From a virus (lineage: Duplodnaviria > Caudoviricetes): a stretch of 62,498 bases of DNA. The position numbers and the translations under genes are program-made. Shown piece after piece: positions 19,117 to 29,984 of the stretch (positions are counted from its first letter, which is position 1; each line of letters opens with the position of its first letter). The DNA is taken from IMG/VR virus record IMGVR_UViG_3300037840_000097, positions 1-62,498 of that record; one strand, given 5' to 3'. The notes under the pieces were generated by a model. That model ran no database searches. It saw only the letters and a list, made by a program, of their open reading frames with translations, and had not been told where the DNA came from.

Positions 19117-19937
19117 AAATCAAAATGCTCAGCTGGTATCTGAAACCCGGCTGCATGTTTATGCCCACCACCTCCATACAGAGTAGCTATTTCTGACACA
19201 TCAATTCCTCCTTCAAGAGATCTCAGCGAATATACCCGTGCATCTGGTGTATCCCAATAGCAAGCAGCGAACAGCGTAGGATGCTCTTTGCACATCTCAT
19301 TCCCTGCATCACTCGTCATCGTAAATGGTACATTAGCGCATAGTATCCTGTACCCACCGAGATTTATATAACGCTTAGTAACTTTAAGTATTTGACGAAG
19401 ATCTTGCCAATGCTTCCTTTCAATGGCATTACCTTCGATAGACAAAGCGTTAATAGCGTTGTCTCCTTGGCTAATCAACCTATCCCACACCTCAAAATCA
19501 AAGGGATACGAAGACAACCCAGCTTGCACTGTTTTAGTTTTCGGATATTCAAATCTCCACAAGTCTCTATCTTCGATGTGCCGCAACAACCAAGGCATAG
19601 CCTTGTCTGGGAATAACTCGTCCCATGTAATTCCCACTCCTGACCGCCCCATGTCAAAGACTACTCTAGCCTCTAACTCAAGCCCACGTAAAGCCTCTTC
19701 AGCCGTTTTGTGGTGATCAAACACGTACAGTGTACCACACTCCTTGACAATCTGATCCATTTGCACTCTCGGATACGAGAAATCTACCATGTACACATCT
19801 CGCCCGGTACAATCAGGAGGTGGCTGCCCATACACTCCTTCAAACATTTCTACTTCCCCATGGAAGTATTTACGCACCACCCACGCCGCACCAAACCCAT
19901 CGAAGCAATTCCCGTGGTAAATACATAACGGCCTCAT
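19101..19937 (-). CDS. DHH/DHHA1 phosphoesterase (NrnB-like)
   Basis: YH..C.DG, DFS, DHH, DRDLW and GGGGHKHAAGF motifs. Confidence 0.92.
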   Translation of the reverse strand: MRPLCIYHGNCFDGFGAAWVVRKYFHGEVEMFEGVYGQPPPDCTGRDVYMVDFSYPRVQMDQIVKECGTLYVFDHHKTAEEALRGLELEARVVFDMGRSGVGITWDELFPDKAMPWLLRHIEDRDLWRFEYPKTKTVQAGLSSYPFDFEVWDRLISQGDNAINALSIEGNAIERKHWQDLRQILKVTKRYINLGGYRILCANVPFTMTSDAGNEMCKEHPTLFAACYWDTPDARVYSLRSLEGGIDVSEIATLYGGGGHKHAAGFQIPAEHFDFWDEA

Positions 19938-20782
19938 GATTTACTCACCGTCATCGGCCGCAACCCAATCAAGTAGTGCTGCAATTCATGGATACTATCC
20001 AGCAGCCCACTGCGAGTATATCCAAACCCATCCGCCAAGTACTCGGCTGGCCCGATCCCCTTTTCCAAGTTCAGTACAAACATCTCCAAGGCTACTAGGA
20101 TAGGGATAAGTTGCCCCGCCGACACTTCTAGCAACTGTGAGGCTTGCGCATCTACAGGTATCCACTGCCTACATTCAGGACAGCACGAGGATTCCAAGGA
20201 TGTAGGTGCTGCGTCGATTACGTTATGTTTGCATCGACTGCAAAAGTATATTTCTGGCAATGTGCTCAACTTTCTTTCAACGGTGAAGTGCTACTTCTTC
20301 GTACGGTTAACTTACGCCCATCCTCAAGCAAGACTATAAGCAAAGGAGCAACGCCAATGCTATCTTCAGGGCGAGTGGGAATCTCGAGGATAGTGGCTCT
20401 AATGGTGACCCAGAAGCTGGCTGCGATTTTTGTGGTATATTGTGGAATGCGGACTTCCACCATGTCCCCAATTTGGTAGTCATAGGGGGACCTACAAGCC
20501 GTACTTGGACCAGAGTTCGGCAATTCGTGATGCTTTTTCATCCGATATGTCCTCCCCGAACATTTTCTTACACACACGTTTTACCGTACCTATTTTATCC
20601 AAATCCCCACAAGCCGGGCAGATTTTCTCTCCGTTAGGACCGTAAGGACGAACCTCATCCATTTTGTGACACAGTTCGCATTGCTCATCAGCTGTTGCTC
20701 CTAGTACAACAACTTTCATACTTGGAGGTACGTGCTCACTGAGGTGTGCTTGTAAATTGTCTAGCTCTTTGCGGGTGTTCAT
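19934..20782 (-). other. Three small hypothetical ORFs (zinc-ribbon and SH3-like)
   Basis: 19934-20269 (CSRC..CPEC), 20266-20495 (YQIGDMVEV), 20492-20782 (CELC..RPYGPNGEKICPAC). Confidence 0.55.
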
Positions 20783-21477
20783 ATGTGACAGTCCACAATG
20801 GTAATGGTGCAATCCAATGGTAATCCTTTTACCTTGGTTAGAAAAATTTCGTCCCAATTCTCAGTCTCTTCCCCTACGCTAATGCCCCACCACCCCATCT
20901 TGTTTTGAGCGACCCAGCCATCTTTATCCAGATAGGCATACGCGATTAATACTTTCGCCTTAGCAACATACTCTTCTTTCGTTGCTGGTAACACTTCGCC
21001 CCACAAATGAAACTTACGTCTATCTTCACTCATAGTTTGCAATTCGTCCCAATATTCAGATAACGCTATTTGTCTCATCACCAACATGCGATCCCAATCT
21101 AGATCTCTCAACCGTGATGTGTTTACTGGTTCAGGTTCACCCTTCTGCAGTAATCTTCCTGCGTAGCATCCACCCTCCGCATACCAATCCCACTTCGATT
21201 GTGGATTATACGTAGACCAAGTATAATACCCTTTCTCATCGTGGAAAAGTGCTCCATCCCCATCTTCTTCAGCCCACTTCTTTGTGTACGCCTCACAAAA
21301 GGAAACAGGATCAGTAATATCTGCCCCCTCTTTAGTAGTTGCAGTAATGAGGTAATGATCTGCAGCAAGGTAATCCTTATATGCTGTAACTTGTAACTCT
21401 TCCGCGTATGGTGCAAGTAACTGTTTGACATTTGGTCCGCCTGGATGCGTTACGACGCATACTGAGAAATGTGACAA
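20779..21477 (-). CDS. Conserved phage hypothetical protein
   Basis: MSHF.V.V, TYNP.SKWDWY..GG, MGWWG, VDCHI pattern. Confidence 0.7.
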   Translation of the reverse strand: MSHFSVCVVTHPGGPNVKQLLAPYAEELQVTAYKDYLAADHYLITATTKEGADITDPVSFCEAYTKKWAEEDGDGALFHDEKGYYTWSTYNPQSKWDWYAEGGCYAGRLLQKGEPEPVNTSRLRDLDWDRMLVMRQIALSEYWDELQTMSEDRRKFHLWGEVLPATKEEYVAKAKVLIAYAYLDKDGWVAQNKMGWWGISVGEETENWDEIFLTKVKGLPLDCTITIVDCHI

Positions 21478-21486
21478 TTGTATTCC

Positions 21487-21738
21487 TTAATGCTTATCAT
21501 GCAACGTACAGTGTTCTTTGTGTTCTTTGTGTTCGGCGATTACGTCGTTTGCTTGTTTGACAGCTTTCTGTGCCAGTAATGTCCAAGTTTCGTATACACT
21601 CTTAGCGTTCCTATACCACCTCTCCCGTTCCCGCGCAGAAGCGTGAAGTTGCTTCCATTCCCACCATAGTTGTAGGTTATGTAAACTCGTAGCTACAAAG
21701 AAAAGAGCTCCAAGCGCCCAGGCCCACTGAGCTATCAT
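21487..21738 (-). CDS. Small membrane-anchored protein
   Basis: N-terminal TM segment then coiled coil. Confidence 0.55.
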   Translation of the reverse strand: MIAQWAWALGALFFVATSLHNLQLWWEWKQLHASARERERWYRNAKSVYETWTLLAQKAVKQANDVIAEHKEHKEHCTLHDKH

Positions 21739-22466
21739 TTAACGTGTGTCTGCAACTGCACACTCTCTCCAGCCTGCTTACCCATAGCACGACCCACGGG
21801 GTGTTGTGTATCTGTAGTCATCCGTTTCGAAAGACAGCTAGGAAACATCTTATCGAACGCATCCTTCACTTCCTTTTCTACCTGCACGACGAGCGCCGTG
21901 CTCTTCACAGTTTCCACTTTCTGAGCATCGAAGATTTCCACGAGCCGTTTCTCGATAGTCAAAGCAGCCTGCTCCAAGAAGGAGCGATAGAATTTCAGGT
22001 AATTACCCTTTGACTCCAAGGCAAACGGGTTGGAAGTGGTGTACGCGGTCCATGCAGCCTTTTTGGCGGTGAGGAGTTCCTCGACAAGCCAGTTAAACAT
22101 GCGGTGAACAACTTCGACATTCTCGGCAGAACCTACTACGAAGCAGTAATTCTCATTCTGCACGGCGATGTCACGGCAGAAATTGGTTTTACAGAGTCCA
22201 ATGAGCAAGATTCTCCGCCACAAGGTGTTGATGGTTCCGTTCTTTGCTCCCATGTCAAACTTAAACTGGTCGTATTTCGGGGCTTCACCCTTAGTATTGA
22301 GGCGTACCTCGTACATGGTGAGGTTATAGGTGAACAAGAGGCGTTGTATGGCGGCTGCGGCGGCTGATGCCTCATGGATGGTGGCTGCGGGGTCGGTGGA
22401 AAGCCGCTCTAAGGAATTGATCTTCTGTATGATTTCGTCGATGGAGGGGCCTGCTGTTGTGTTCAT
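21735..22466 (-). CDS. DUF2786-family protein
   Basis: IIQKI..L.RLS......EA.AA....QRLL..YNL N-terminus; C-terminal G...G..AG. Confidence 0.75.
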   Translation of the reverse strand: MNTTAGPSIDEIIQKINSLERLSTDPAATIHEASAAAAAIQRLLFTYNLTMYEVRLNTKGEAPKYDQFKFDMGAKNGTINTLWRRILLIGLCKTNFCRDIAVQNENYCFVVGSAENVEVVHRMFNWLVEELLTAKKAAWTAYTTSNPFALESKGNYLKFYRSFLEQAALTIEKRLVEIFDAQKVETVKSTALVVQVEKEVKDAFDKMFPSCLSKRMTTDTQHPVGRAMGKQAGESVQLQTHVK

Positions 22467-22490
22467 GATGATTTCTTCTCCGGGCGGGGT

Positions 22491-22856
22491 TCAGAAACCT
22501 GGAACTATGTGTTTCTCATGTAACTGCGTGAGAAGTTGCGTGTTTTCAAGGACGTATTGGATCCCGAAGCCTTTCTGCATGTGGCTGTCGTACCATTCCC
22601 ACTCGTCGTAACGCAAGGTGAGAGAGCCTGCGTTGGCTCCGTTTATGAATACTGTGAAGTGGACGTGGCTGTCTACTTGGTCGAGGCGAATTCTCATGAT
22701 CTCTTTCTGTTCTATGTGTCCGATAAACGTGATGGGTCCCCAAGATGTGTCCGTGAATGCTTGACACTTGTTGGGGTGGTTCTCTGGTAATTCGCAAAAC
22801 AAACGGGAATTCTTGTACGTGGTGCGGTGATCGCTGCGCTTGGGGCAGGTCTTCAA
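22491..22856 (-). CDS. Hypothetical protein
   Basis: TTG start with GAGGAG RBS. Confidence 0.55.
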   Translation of the reverse strand: MKTCPKRSDHRTTYKNSRLFCELPENHPNKCQAFTDTSWGPITFIGHIEQKEIMRIRLDQVDSHVHFTVFINGANAGSLTLRYDEWEWYDSHMQKGFGIQYVLENTQLLTQLHEKHIVPGF

Positions 22857-22969
22857 ATGTAAATCTCCTCTTCATTGAATGGAACTAGATTTTATTAAAA
22901 TTGTGCGTGGAGGCCGCCTCGCCTAATCGTACCTAGTCTTTCCAAGGCACCCCCGTCTAAGGGTAGGTA

Positions 22970-23007
22970 GTGCGAGGCCCTCGTACGTACTACTAAGGGC
23001 CTCGCAC
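22970..23007. repeat. 12-bp perfect inverted repeat
   Basis: GTGCGAGGCCCT-14 nt-AGGGCCTCGCAC. Confidence 0.85.
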
Positions 23008-23014
23008 GTCGTGC

Positions 23015-23583
23015 CTACGGTACGTCTGTTATGTCAACGTGAACGTACCACACCCCTGGCTCTACTTCCGTCGCCTGAGCAAACGTCCCGTTTGCGTCGC
23101 ACGGATACTCGCGTCCCTCCGCCTCCACGTCAAACATACCCTGGAGACGTAGTGCGAGGGCCGTAGCCTGTTCCTTAGTCATACGTCATACCTACAGAGG
23201 TGCTAGTGATTAGTCCCTCCTCGTTTACACTTAGCGTTGACCCGTCGTCGAACGTGAGACTGGTTACGCCCATATCGCTCAACCATTCGTCGATAGGCAT
23301 AGTAGGCAGGTCACACCGGAGGCGACTATGCAGGGATTCCGCGAGTGTCATACTAGGTGCCCCTTGCTGCAGTAGCAGTATCGCGCACGGTGCGCGACGG
23401 AGAGCGTGCGACCCTTCCGCCGCACGCGGATGGTCACGCTGGGCCAGGAGGGTAGAATCACGAAGGCAACGGTTTTCACGGTGCGACCCCCGCAAGGGCC
23501 TTGACGAAGTGTACGATCAGCGTGGCGAGCCCTACGAAGGGTACCCACGCGACGATAGCGAGAGCGAGTCCTAATAGCTTCAC
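23015..23583 (-). other. Four tiny coupled ORFs, GC-rich
   Basis: 23476-23583 (35-aa TM peptide MKLLGLALAIVAWVPF...), 23348-23479, 23175-23351, 23015-23182; chained by overlapping stops and starts. Confidence 0.5.
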
Positions 23584-23688
23584 GGTGTTCTCCACGTTCT
23601 GCTCGCGTTCCACAGCGAGCGGTGAGTAAACGGAAAGAGGGAGGAGGTGCTACGTGCGACCCCCTCCCTAGTGGTTCGTGCGAGGCCC

Positions 23689-24021
23689 CTAGGCCACCTG
23701 CGACTTGCGGACCTGAGTCGCAAGCGCGAGAGTGATATGGTTTGCCGCGTGCTTGCGGCAATCGTTGACGACGTGCGGGCCGTCCTTGCCCTTGTACGCT
23801 GGGCGACCCGCGAAGTCCGCGACGCGCGCTGCGACGTAGCCTTGCCCAATGTCCGCAGTGCTGATGCCGCTCTTGAGGAGGCCGATCAGGGTAGCGACGT
23901 AGCCGCCCTTCTTGGTGCCTGCGAGGGCCGTCTTGGCTTTGAGGGCGTTACCGGTCACGGTTTGCGCCTGCGCGATGACCTCGGCGCGCGTGAGGGGCTT
24001 GTCCGATGTTGCTTCAGCCAT
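23689..24021 (-). CDS. Small basic protein, apparent paralogue of 46336-46977 C-terminus
   Basis: AGGAG RBS, C-ending codon bias, shared Y..R and HA..H..LAL pattern. Confidence 0.7.
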   Translation of the reverse strand: MAEATSDKPLTRAEVIAQAQTVTGNALKAKTALAGTKKGGYVATLIGLLKSGISTADIGQGYVAARVADFAGRPAYKGKDGPHVVNDCRKHAANHITLALATQVRKSQVA

Positions 24022-24604
24022 TGTGTTCTCCTTCAGTTTTCAAGTGTGGTAGGTCGCCCGTTCCGGGTGCGACCCCCTGGCACTAGTATGCTCCTATGGG
24101 GTATATGTGTCTACGACCTAAGTAGCACCCTGCGAGGCCCGGGCACGGGTTCGTTGGTAGTGCGAAGTGCGTAGTGGCTACGTAATTGCCGGGATGTGCG
24201 GACAGCGCAGCTGAATGGGGCGGCATATGCGGGATATCGGTATATGCTTTGTATTTGTTGTAAATATGATGCATATCGCTTATATAAGCGCGCTATGCGG
24301 GCGTCGCATATCAAGAATAGTTGAAGCATATGAAGGACATGGCGCGCCGCTACGTCGTTCTTTGATATCCTTGATGTCTTAGCGCTATATAATATACGTT
24401 GTACATTGTGCGACTTGATATTAAGATAGGATATCCGGGACATGTGCAATGTGCGTCGTGTGATGTATGTGGGGGATATGTGTAATCTAATTAAACAAGG
24501 ATAGGATGTGAGATGGTGTAGATTGGAAAATGTGTCTTGGTTGATGTGTGGCGTGGAAGGGTATGAGATATGGCGTGCGATGTGCAACGCTAGATGTGAA
24601 GCGT

Positions 24605-24655
24605 TATGGGCGAAATGTGCCCGGCGCGGTGATATGGGTGAAATGTGCCCGGCGC
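24605..24655 (+). repeat. 23-bp direct repeat, two copies, 28-bp period
   Basis: TATGGG(C/T)GAAATGTGCCCGGCGC at 24605 and 24633. Confidence 0.85.
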
Positions 24656-25039
24656 AACAATCTTACGAATTTTCGAATTCTACCGTGAAATCAAAATCGC
24701 ATCAGGCCGAAATCCTTTGGAAAATTTCGATCGGGTCGATTCTTCCGACACATTATTTCGTACTGTTTGGAAAAACTTTATGTAATTGAGGGGAGTCGAG
24801 TATTGCTTAAAATAACGGACGATTGGAAACTCCTATCAAGCTTAAGTTTCTTATCTTTCTATCTGACAACGTTATTCTTATGGTATTCAGACTTTCACCC
24901 CGTGCTTTGGAAAAAGTTCCAGAAGCTATTTTGTTCTCACGCCAGAATTCGAAAAGTCGTGATTTTTTTGTCTCACAAGGTACGAGATCCCGAATACGGA
25001 ATTTCCGAACGATCGCACATCGCACGAAGGACAATCTTC

Positions 25040-25894
25040 TTGAAAGTATACTTTTGCAACTGTGGTGAATCATGGCTCGGTAAAGGTGCACCATTAAAAG
25101 CAAAAACTCACCACGCACATTATAAATCGATCCACCGTATTCTCCCCGATCAAGAAATTATCCCAGAACCTCAAGAAATTCACGAAGCAATGTTTCACCA
25201 CATACATATCTTCAATTACACAGAACAGAAAAGATTCATTCCAAAAGATTTATCCAAGTGGCAACGAGAAAAAGACATTGTACTAAGTCTATACAACATT
25301 GATTTAACAAATGTAGCTGCGACAATACACGCTAAACTACAGCTTACAGCTTTGAACACAACTCCAGCCGCTGTCACACGTTCATACTGGATGACTTGCT
25401 TAGATTGTGGATACACTGCAATTGGGGTAGGAGCAGCATATGAGTCAAATTGGCATGCTTGCAGTACTAGACATCGCGTTGCAACGTACGACCCTATTCA
25501 TAGGGTTATTAATCTTATACCCCTTCCTGTAAAGAAATCCGCTCAACCTCGCTTCACAGAATTCAAGGTACAGCAACGCTATCCATTCACTTACTTACCC
25601 TACCAGCATCCACATTGCAAGTACGATAATTGGAGAAAATGCCAAACCACGTGCCACGTACTATATAAAACATACGTTTCACAACACACAACAACTTCTG
25701 GCCTTGTAGATCCCCCCTACGAAGACCCATATCGGGATTTTGTAGAGAAAGACATTATAGCTAAGATGAAAGTTATTCCACAGGCAGATTTACTTGCAAT
25801 TTGCAGCTCAGACTTCGACCCTGTAAAACAAAGAGAAGAAATAATTACAAGGGCAGCTCAAGCTATTTCGAAAGAAGTTGCATCCAATGAATGA
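25040..25894 (+). CDS. Hypothetical protein with two C2H2-like zinc modules
   Basis: CNCG...H...HRI and CLDCG...H....HRV; TTG at 25040 with AAGGA RBS preferred to 24767. Confidence 0.6.
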   Translation: MKVYFCNCGESWLGKGAPLKAKTHHAHYKSIHRILPDQEIIPEPQEIHEAMFHHIHIFNYTEQKRFIPKDLSKWQREKDIVLSLYNIDLTNVAATIHAKLQLTALNTTPAAVTRSYWMTCLDCGYTAIGVGAAYESNWHACSTRHRVATYDPIHRVINLIPLPVKKSAQPRFTEFKVQQRYPFTYLPYQHPHCKYDNWRKCQTTCHVLYKTYVSQHTTTSGLVDPPYEDPYRDFVEKDIIAKMKVIPQADLLAICSSDFDPVKQREEIITRAAQAISKEVASNE

Positions 25895-26954
25895 ATTAGA
25901 TATGTTCGAATTTATCAAAGATCCCGATAACATACACACCTTCAAAAAGATCAAATCCAGAAGTAAGATTACAATGGTAACTTATTCTGAAATTATGAAT
26001 AAAAATGAACTAGAACAATTTCTAGAACATCTAGGCTCCTTCTTGAAGGCATACAAAGATATGTCCATCTTTGTAGAAATTCGATACATTTCACATCGTA
26101 CAGGGGAAGTCCCTAAAAAGTCACACATCTACAAAATAGGTAATGGAAGCGTACACGATCTAAACGAACCTACTCCTGGTAAAGACTACTAAAATGCTCA
26201 GGTGCCATTCTGGATGCGACTTACCGATATTTGGGATCGTCTTCCATAAGGAGCAGGCATATTTACTGTGTATGGAGTGTATGGAAGAATGGGCCAAGAA
26301 AGTATTAGAGGGAGATGATGAGTACTAGCTTTACATGCTACGTGTGTCACGGGACGTTTGAGAAGGCGTGGACAGACGAAGAAGCGCGTGCCGAAGCCGC
26401 TGCCTTGTGGACTCCAGAGGAGCTCGCGGTGGAAGGGACGGCCGAAACGTGTGAGGAGTGTTTTCAGGCGTTCTTAGGGTGGGAATAAATGAGCCTACGT
26501 GAACTTTTCCCCAAGCTCGTTTGTAATTTCCCTTGTAACCCAGAGCGCATGGGTAAGAAATTTCCAATCATAGCTATAGTCCTGTCAGGACCTGTTGGTT
26601 ATTTTCTATGTGCATCGTGCATATTAAAAAACCTAGATTTCTTGAAAGAGAAACCTAGGTGTCACTTACAACATAAAACGCCTAAATCAGCAATAGGTAT
26701 AGTGTTAGATATGAATGCTCCATCACGCCCAGCTTTGGGATTCTGTGCTGAGTGTATGATCAACCGAATAGACATGGTTCGCCGAGGATACTAAGGAGAT
26801 TAAAGTGAGTAAAATTGTTTGTGAATTTCGGTGTTTCAGAAATGCGAAACTTAAGAATGTTGCAGTGGATCGTGTCCTATCTCAAAAGAAGATGCGTTTC
26901 ATATGCGCTAAGTGCTTGGCAAAGCGCAATAAGCGGATGGGAATTCCAGACTAG
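25887..26954 (+). other. Run of small ORFs, mostly zinc-ribbon type
   Basis: 25887-26192, 26194-26328, 26318-26488, 26489-26794, 26805-26954. Confidence 0.55.
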
Positions 26955-26958
26955 CGTT

Positions 26959-29739
26959 TCATCTCCCTCTCACCAACAGCTTCGCCTCCAGCACAAATAC
27001 TTCCTCACACATGCCCTTGTCAATCATATCTTGAGCTACTCTCTCAGCATGTTTAATATCGTCGAACCTCACAGTGGGTGGGCGATCAGACTCTGGATTC
27101 CACATGATGTAGAATTGCTCTGATGGTTCAGAAACAGTAAGAGTCTCGTCATGTTTAGAGAACTGACCATTTATTTCCTTGGGAAACATGATTTCTTCTT
27201 GTTTAGCTCTTACAAAGTCAGCCAGACCTATCAGAGCCTGCATTTGTGAGGGGAAATTATTGATGGGAACGGGAATAGGCTTGTCTCCAATATTTCCTTT
27301 ACACACTTCTTCTAATTCAGAAGCCAATTCCTCCATCGCAGCCATACTCTCAGGGTCCCTATCAGCGTGGAACCCCATACATGCTCCTCATTTGGGTATC
27401 GGTCCTAGCGTCCGTGGGCGGAAGAAGGCTGTTGGGCAGAGCATGAGTTTAATGACGGGTTGAGGAATGTCGGCGCTATCAGTCACGGAAAAGCCATGGA
27501 TGGTTTGTATGAGTACATGATCTTCTGCCTTGTACCCGCACACGCATCGCTGCTTGCTATTCTTGGGTTGTAACACTTTTTATCCAATCCGGGTTACTTT
27601 GGAATATTCCTTCTCCCTCAGCATACTTACAATTCGCGTTGTCACAGGCCACCCACCAATCCCATTTAAGACCTTCAGGGCGTTGTAGACATAAATCTTC
27701 ATTACAGTTGTATGTACTAACATGTGAGCCACACTCTGTACATCGCTGATCGGTACAACAGTCTAAGTGAATGTCCTCAGATGCCTGAGTTATAAGTGGA
27801 TTATTCTCCACGTCGCACAGCCTCCGTCAGACACTCCTCATCACCACACGTAGGCGACAAGCTATGCGCAAGCTCATCGAGCCGACACAACGCACATTGC
27901 CCATCTTCATCACAATGGCAGCGCCATTTATCTCTGTTAGAGTTAGAATCTGCAATTATATCATGAAGCGAGTCACCGAGACACACCACACAACCCTTCA
28001 GTATCTTGTGTGGCCTGCCGGAATCTATTTCGTGGGTGTCAGCCTCTATAGGTTTAGGTGGGTTATCCCGAGTGTATATAATGAGTTCTCGGAGAACTTG
28101 AGAAGCTTCTGGAGAAATGTAAGCTTCCATTTGCTGGACAAGCTTGACACCTTGAGTTACTAGATGTGTATATTGGTCTTTATTCAAGCACTTTCTCCTC
28201 ATTATATCACACCGCCGCCCCAAACCGTTGAGCAATAGTGAGGTACACATCGAGCGCCACATAATCAAAAGATCCAGTGTTGCCCAGACGGTCATCTTTA
28301 CCCTCAATTGGCGCATCGTCCCAACATACAGTTCCCTTGGTGAATCCATTTACTAAACCAGGTGCCATGAACGGATCTACCATAGGTCCTTGTATACTGA
28401 GGATACACAGCGTGTCCCATGGTATCACCGTCAAGTCAACCACACAGTGTGCTTGTTGTGCTTCTTCGCATGTGAGCCCCGTTCCACGTGTATGTTTGCA
28501 ATAGTAAATGGTGTTACCACCGTAGCCAAGCACAGCAAGCGGCGGTTGGGATACTTTGCAGCGTTGCCAGCATTTATCACTCATGAGAAAATTATCCACT
28601 TTCCTAGTTTTGTAATGATCCACAGCACAACGTACATGCCCCAGAATGGAACCCACCTAGCAGCTACGCTTTCTGGATCTGGTCCTAGTAACGCACGCTC
28701 ATGCTTGTAAACATAGCGAGCAATACCACACCCTATTAAGAGATAGACCAAGACAACAACAAGACTGCAGATAAATCTCATCACAGATACGCCGCATAGC
28801 ACACAAAGCCACCACGCGCTTTGATAGCTATAGGATGCGAAACACCACGTTGCACAGCCAGCCGCAAAGCCTTATCCTTGCTGCGAGTCGCAATAAATAC
28901 AGAGGGCATCACTTACCCATATCCTTCCGACAAGCAGCACAGAGGATGAGTTTGGGGTTGATTTCTTTACCACACCCCATACATGGAACAGTCATTAGTA
29001 CCCACCTCTCTCAGCATGATCAGCACAGCTGTCACACTGGTAGCCACGTTGCACATCGAGCCGCGTCAAGACATTACGTCGTTTACACGTTGGACACGAC
29101 CGATTCCGTGGGTTGGACTTGGTAGCAGCACGGAGGGCCGAGCCAGGATTTGCGAAACCCACTCCATCGATAGGCTCGTAGTCGTCCTCGTAGTCGTCAC
29201 GGTAGTAGCTCATTTGTGTTCCTCATGGATAGATTTTGCGTATTTGACCGTTTTTCCGAAGAAAGCTGCAAATAGTAGCTGTTCTTTGGAGCATGTGTCA
29301 CAGTATTCTGATCGTTTACCTCCTACAAAGATAACTTCGAGTGTCGCTTCATTCTCACAGCGGTTTAATATTTCGAAATTATTCGAGGGAAGTAATGCAA
29401 TGCACGTTGTTCCCATCACGCATTACCATCCGACCCGCACACCCCACATCGTAAGTAATACGAGTCGGTGTCGTCGGTCTGGTGGTTGCAGCGGTGTTCG
29501 ACGATCTCGTCGATCTGTGTTTTGATGCGGTCGAGACTGTTCTTGAGGTCTTGGGCTTGCTCTTCGAGCGTGGAATATCGATACACGAAGTCGTCATCTT
29601 CGTAGGTTTCGTTACATTCGCAGTCGAAACCCATGACATGAGCAGCTTTATGGTCCCTAAGAATTTTGATGGCTGTTTGAATATCACTGGAATCCCAATA
29701 TGATTCGTGACGAGGTATAACTGGTAGTGTATCTTTCAC
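26959..29739 (-). other. Leftward block of about 11 small hypothetical ORFs, many Cys-rich
   Basis: Tightly packed ORFs with RBSs, e.g. 26959-27378, 27557-27811, 28995-29213, 29416-29739. Confidence 0.55.
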
Positions 29740-29984
29740 TTGTGTTCCTCCGTTTCGTTCCTCTTAAGGTTTTCTCCACCCGCAGCAACCAACCTTCTGT
29801 GCGCAGGCGAGCGAACTCGGGTCGGAGAAAGACTTAGGTCAGGCGCGTAATTGGCCTAGAGTGAATCTAGGTGCATCACGACTCTTACGACTGTACAGCT
29901 ACCTCACTTATCTGCTATACTTATCGTGTATGAGTCACCTCTGACAGTGAGAAGCAGGGGCCGTCTGTAAGTTTTGAAGGAATC

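Noticed and set aside
22970-24600. Group II intron 5' ends (GTGCG)
   Set aside because: No domain V/VI, no reverse transcriptase ORF, and the motif is repeated many times.
24083-25039. ORFs 24111-24587, 24083-24274, 24508-24789 and the first 91 codons of 24767-25894
   Set aside because: Odd His/Ile/Arg-biased translations that mirror low-complexity DNA; no good RBS; better start at 25040.
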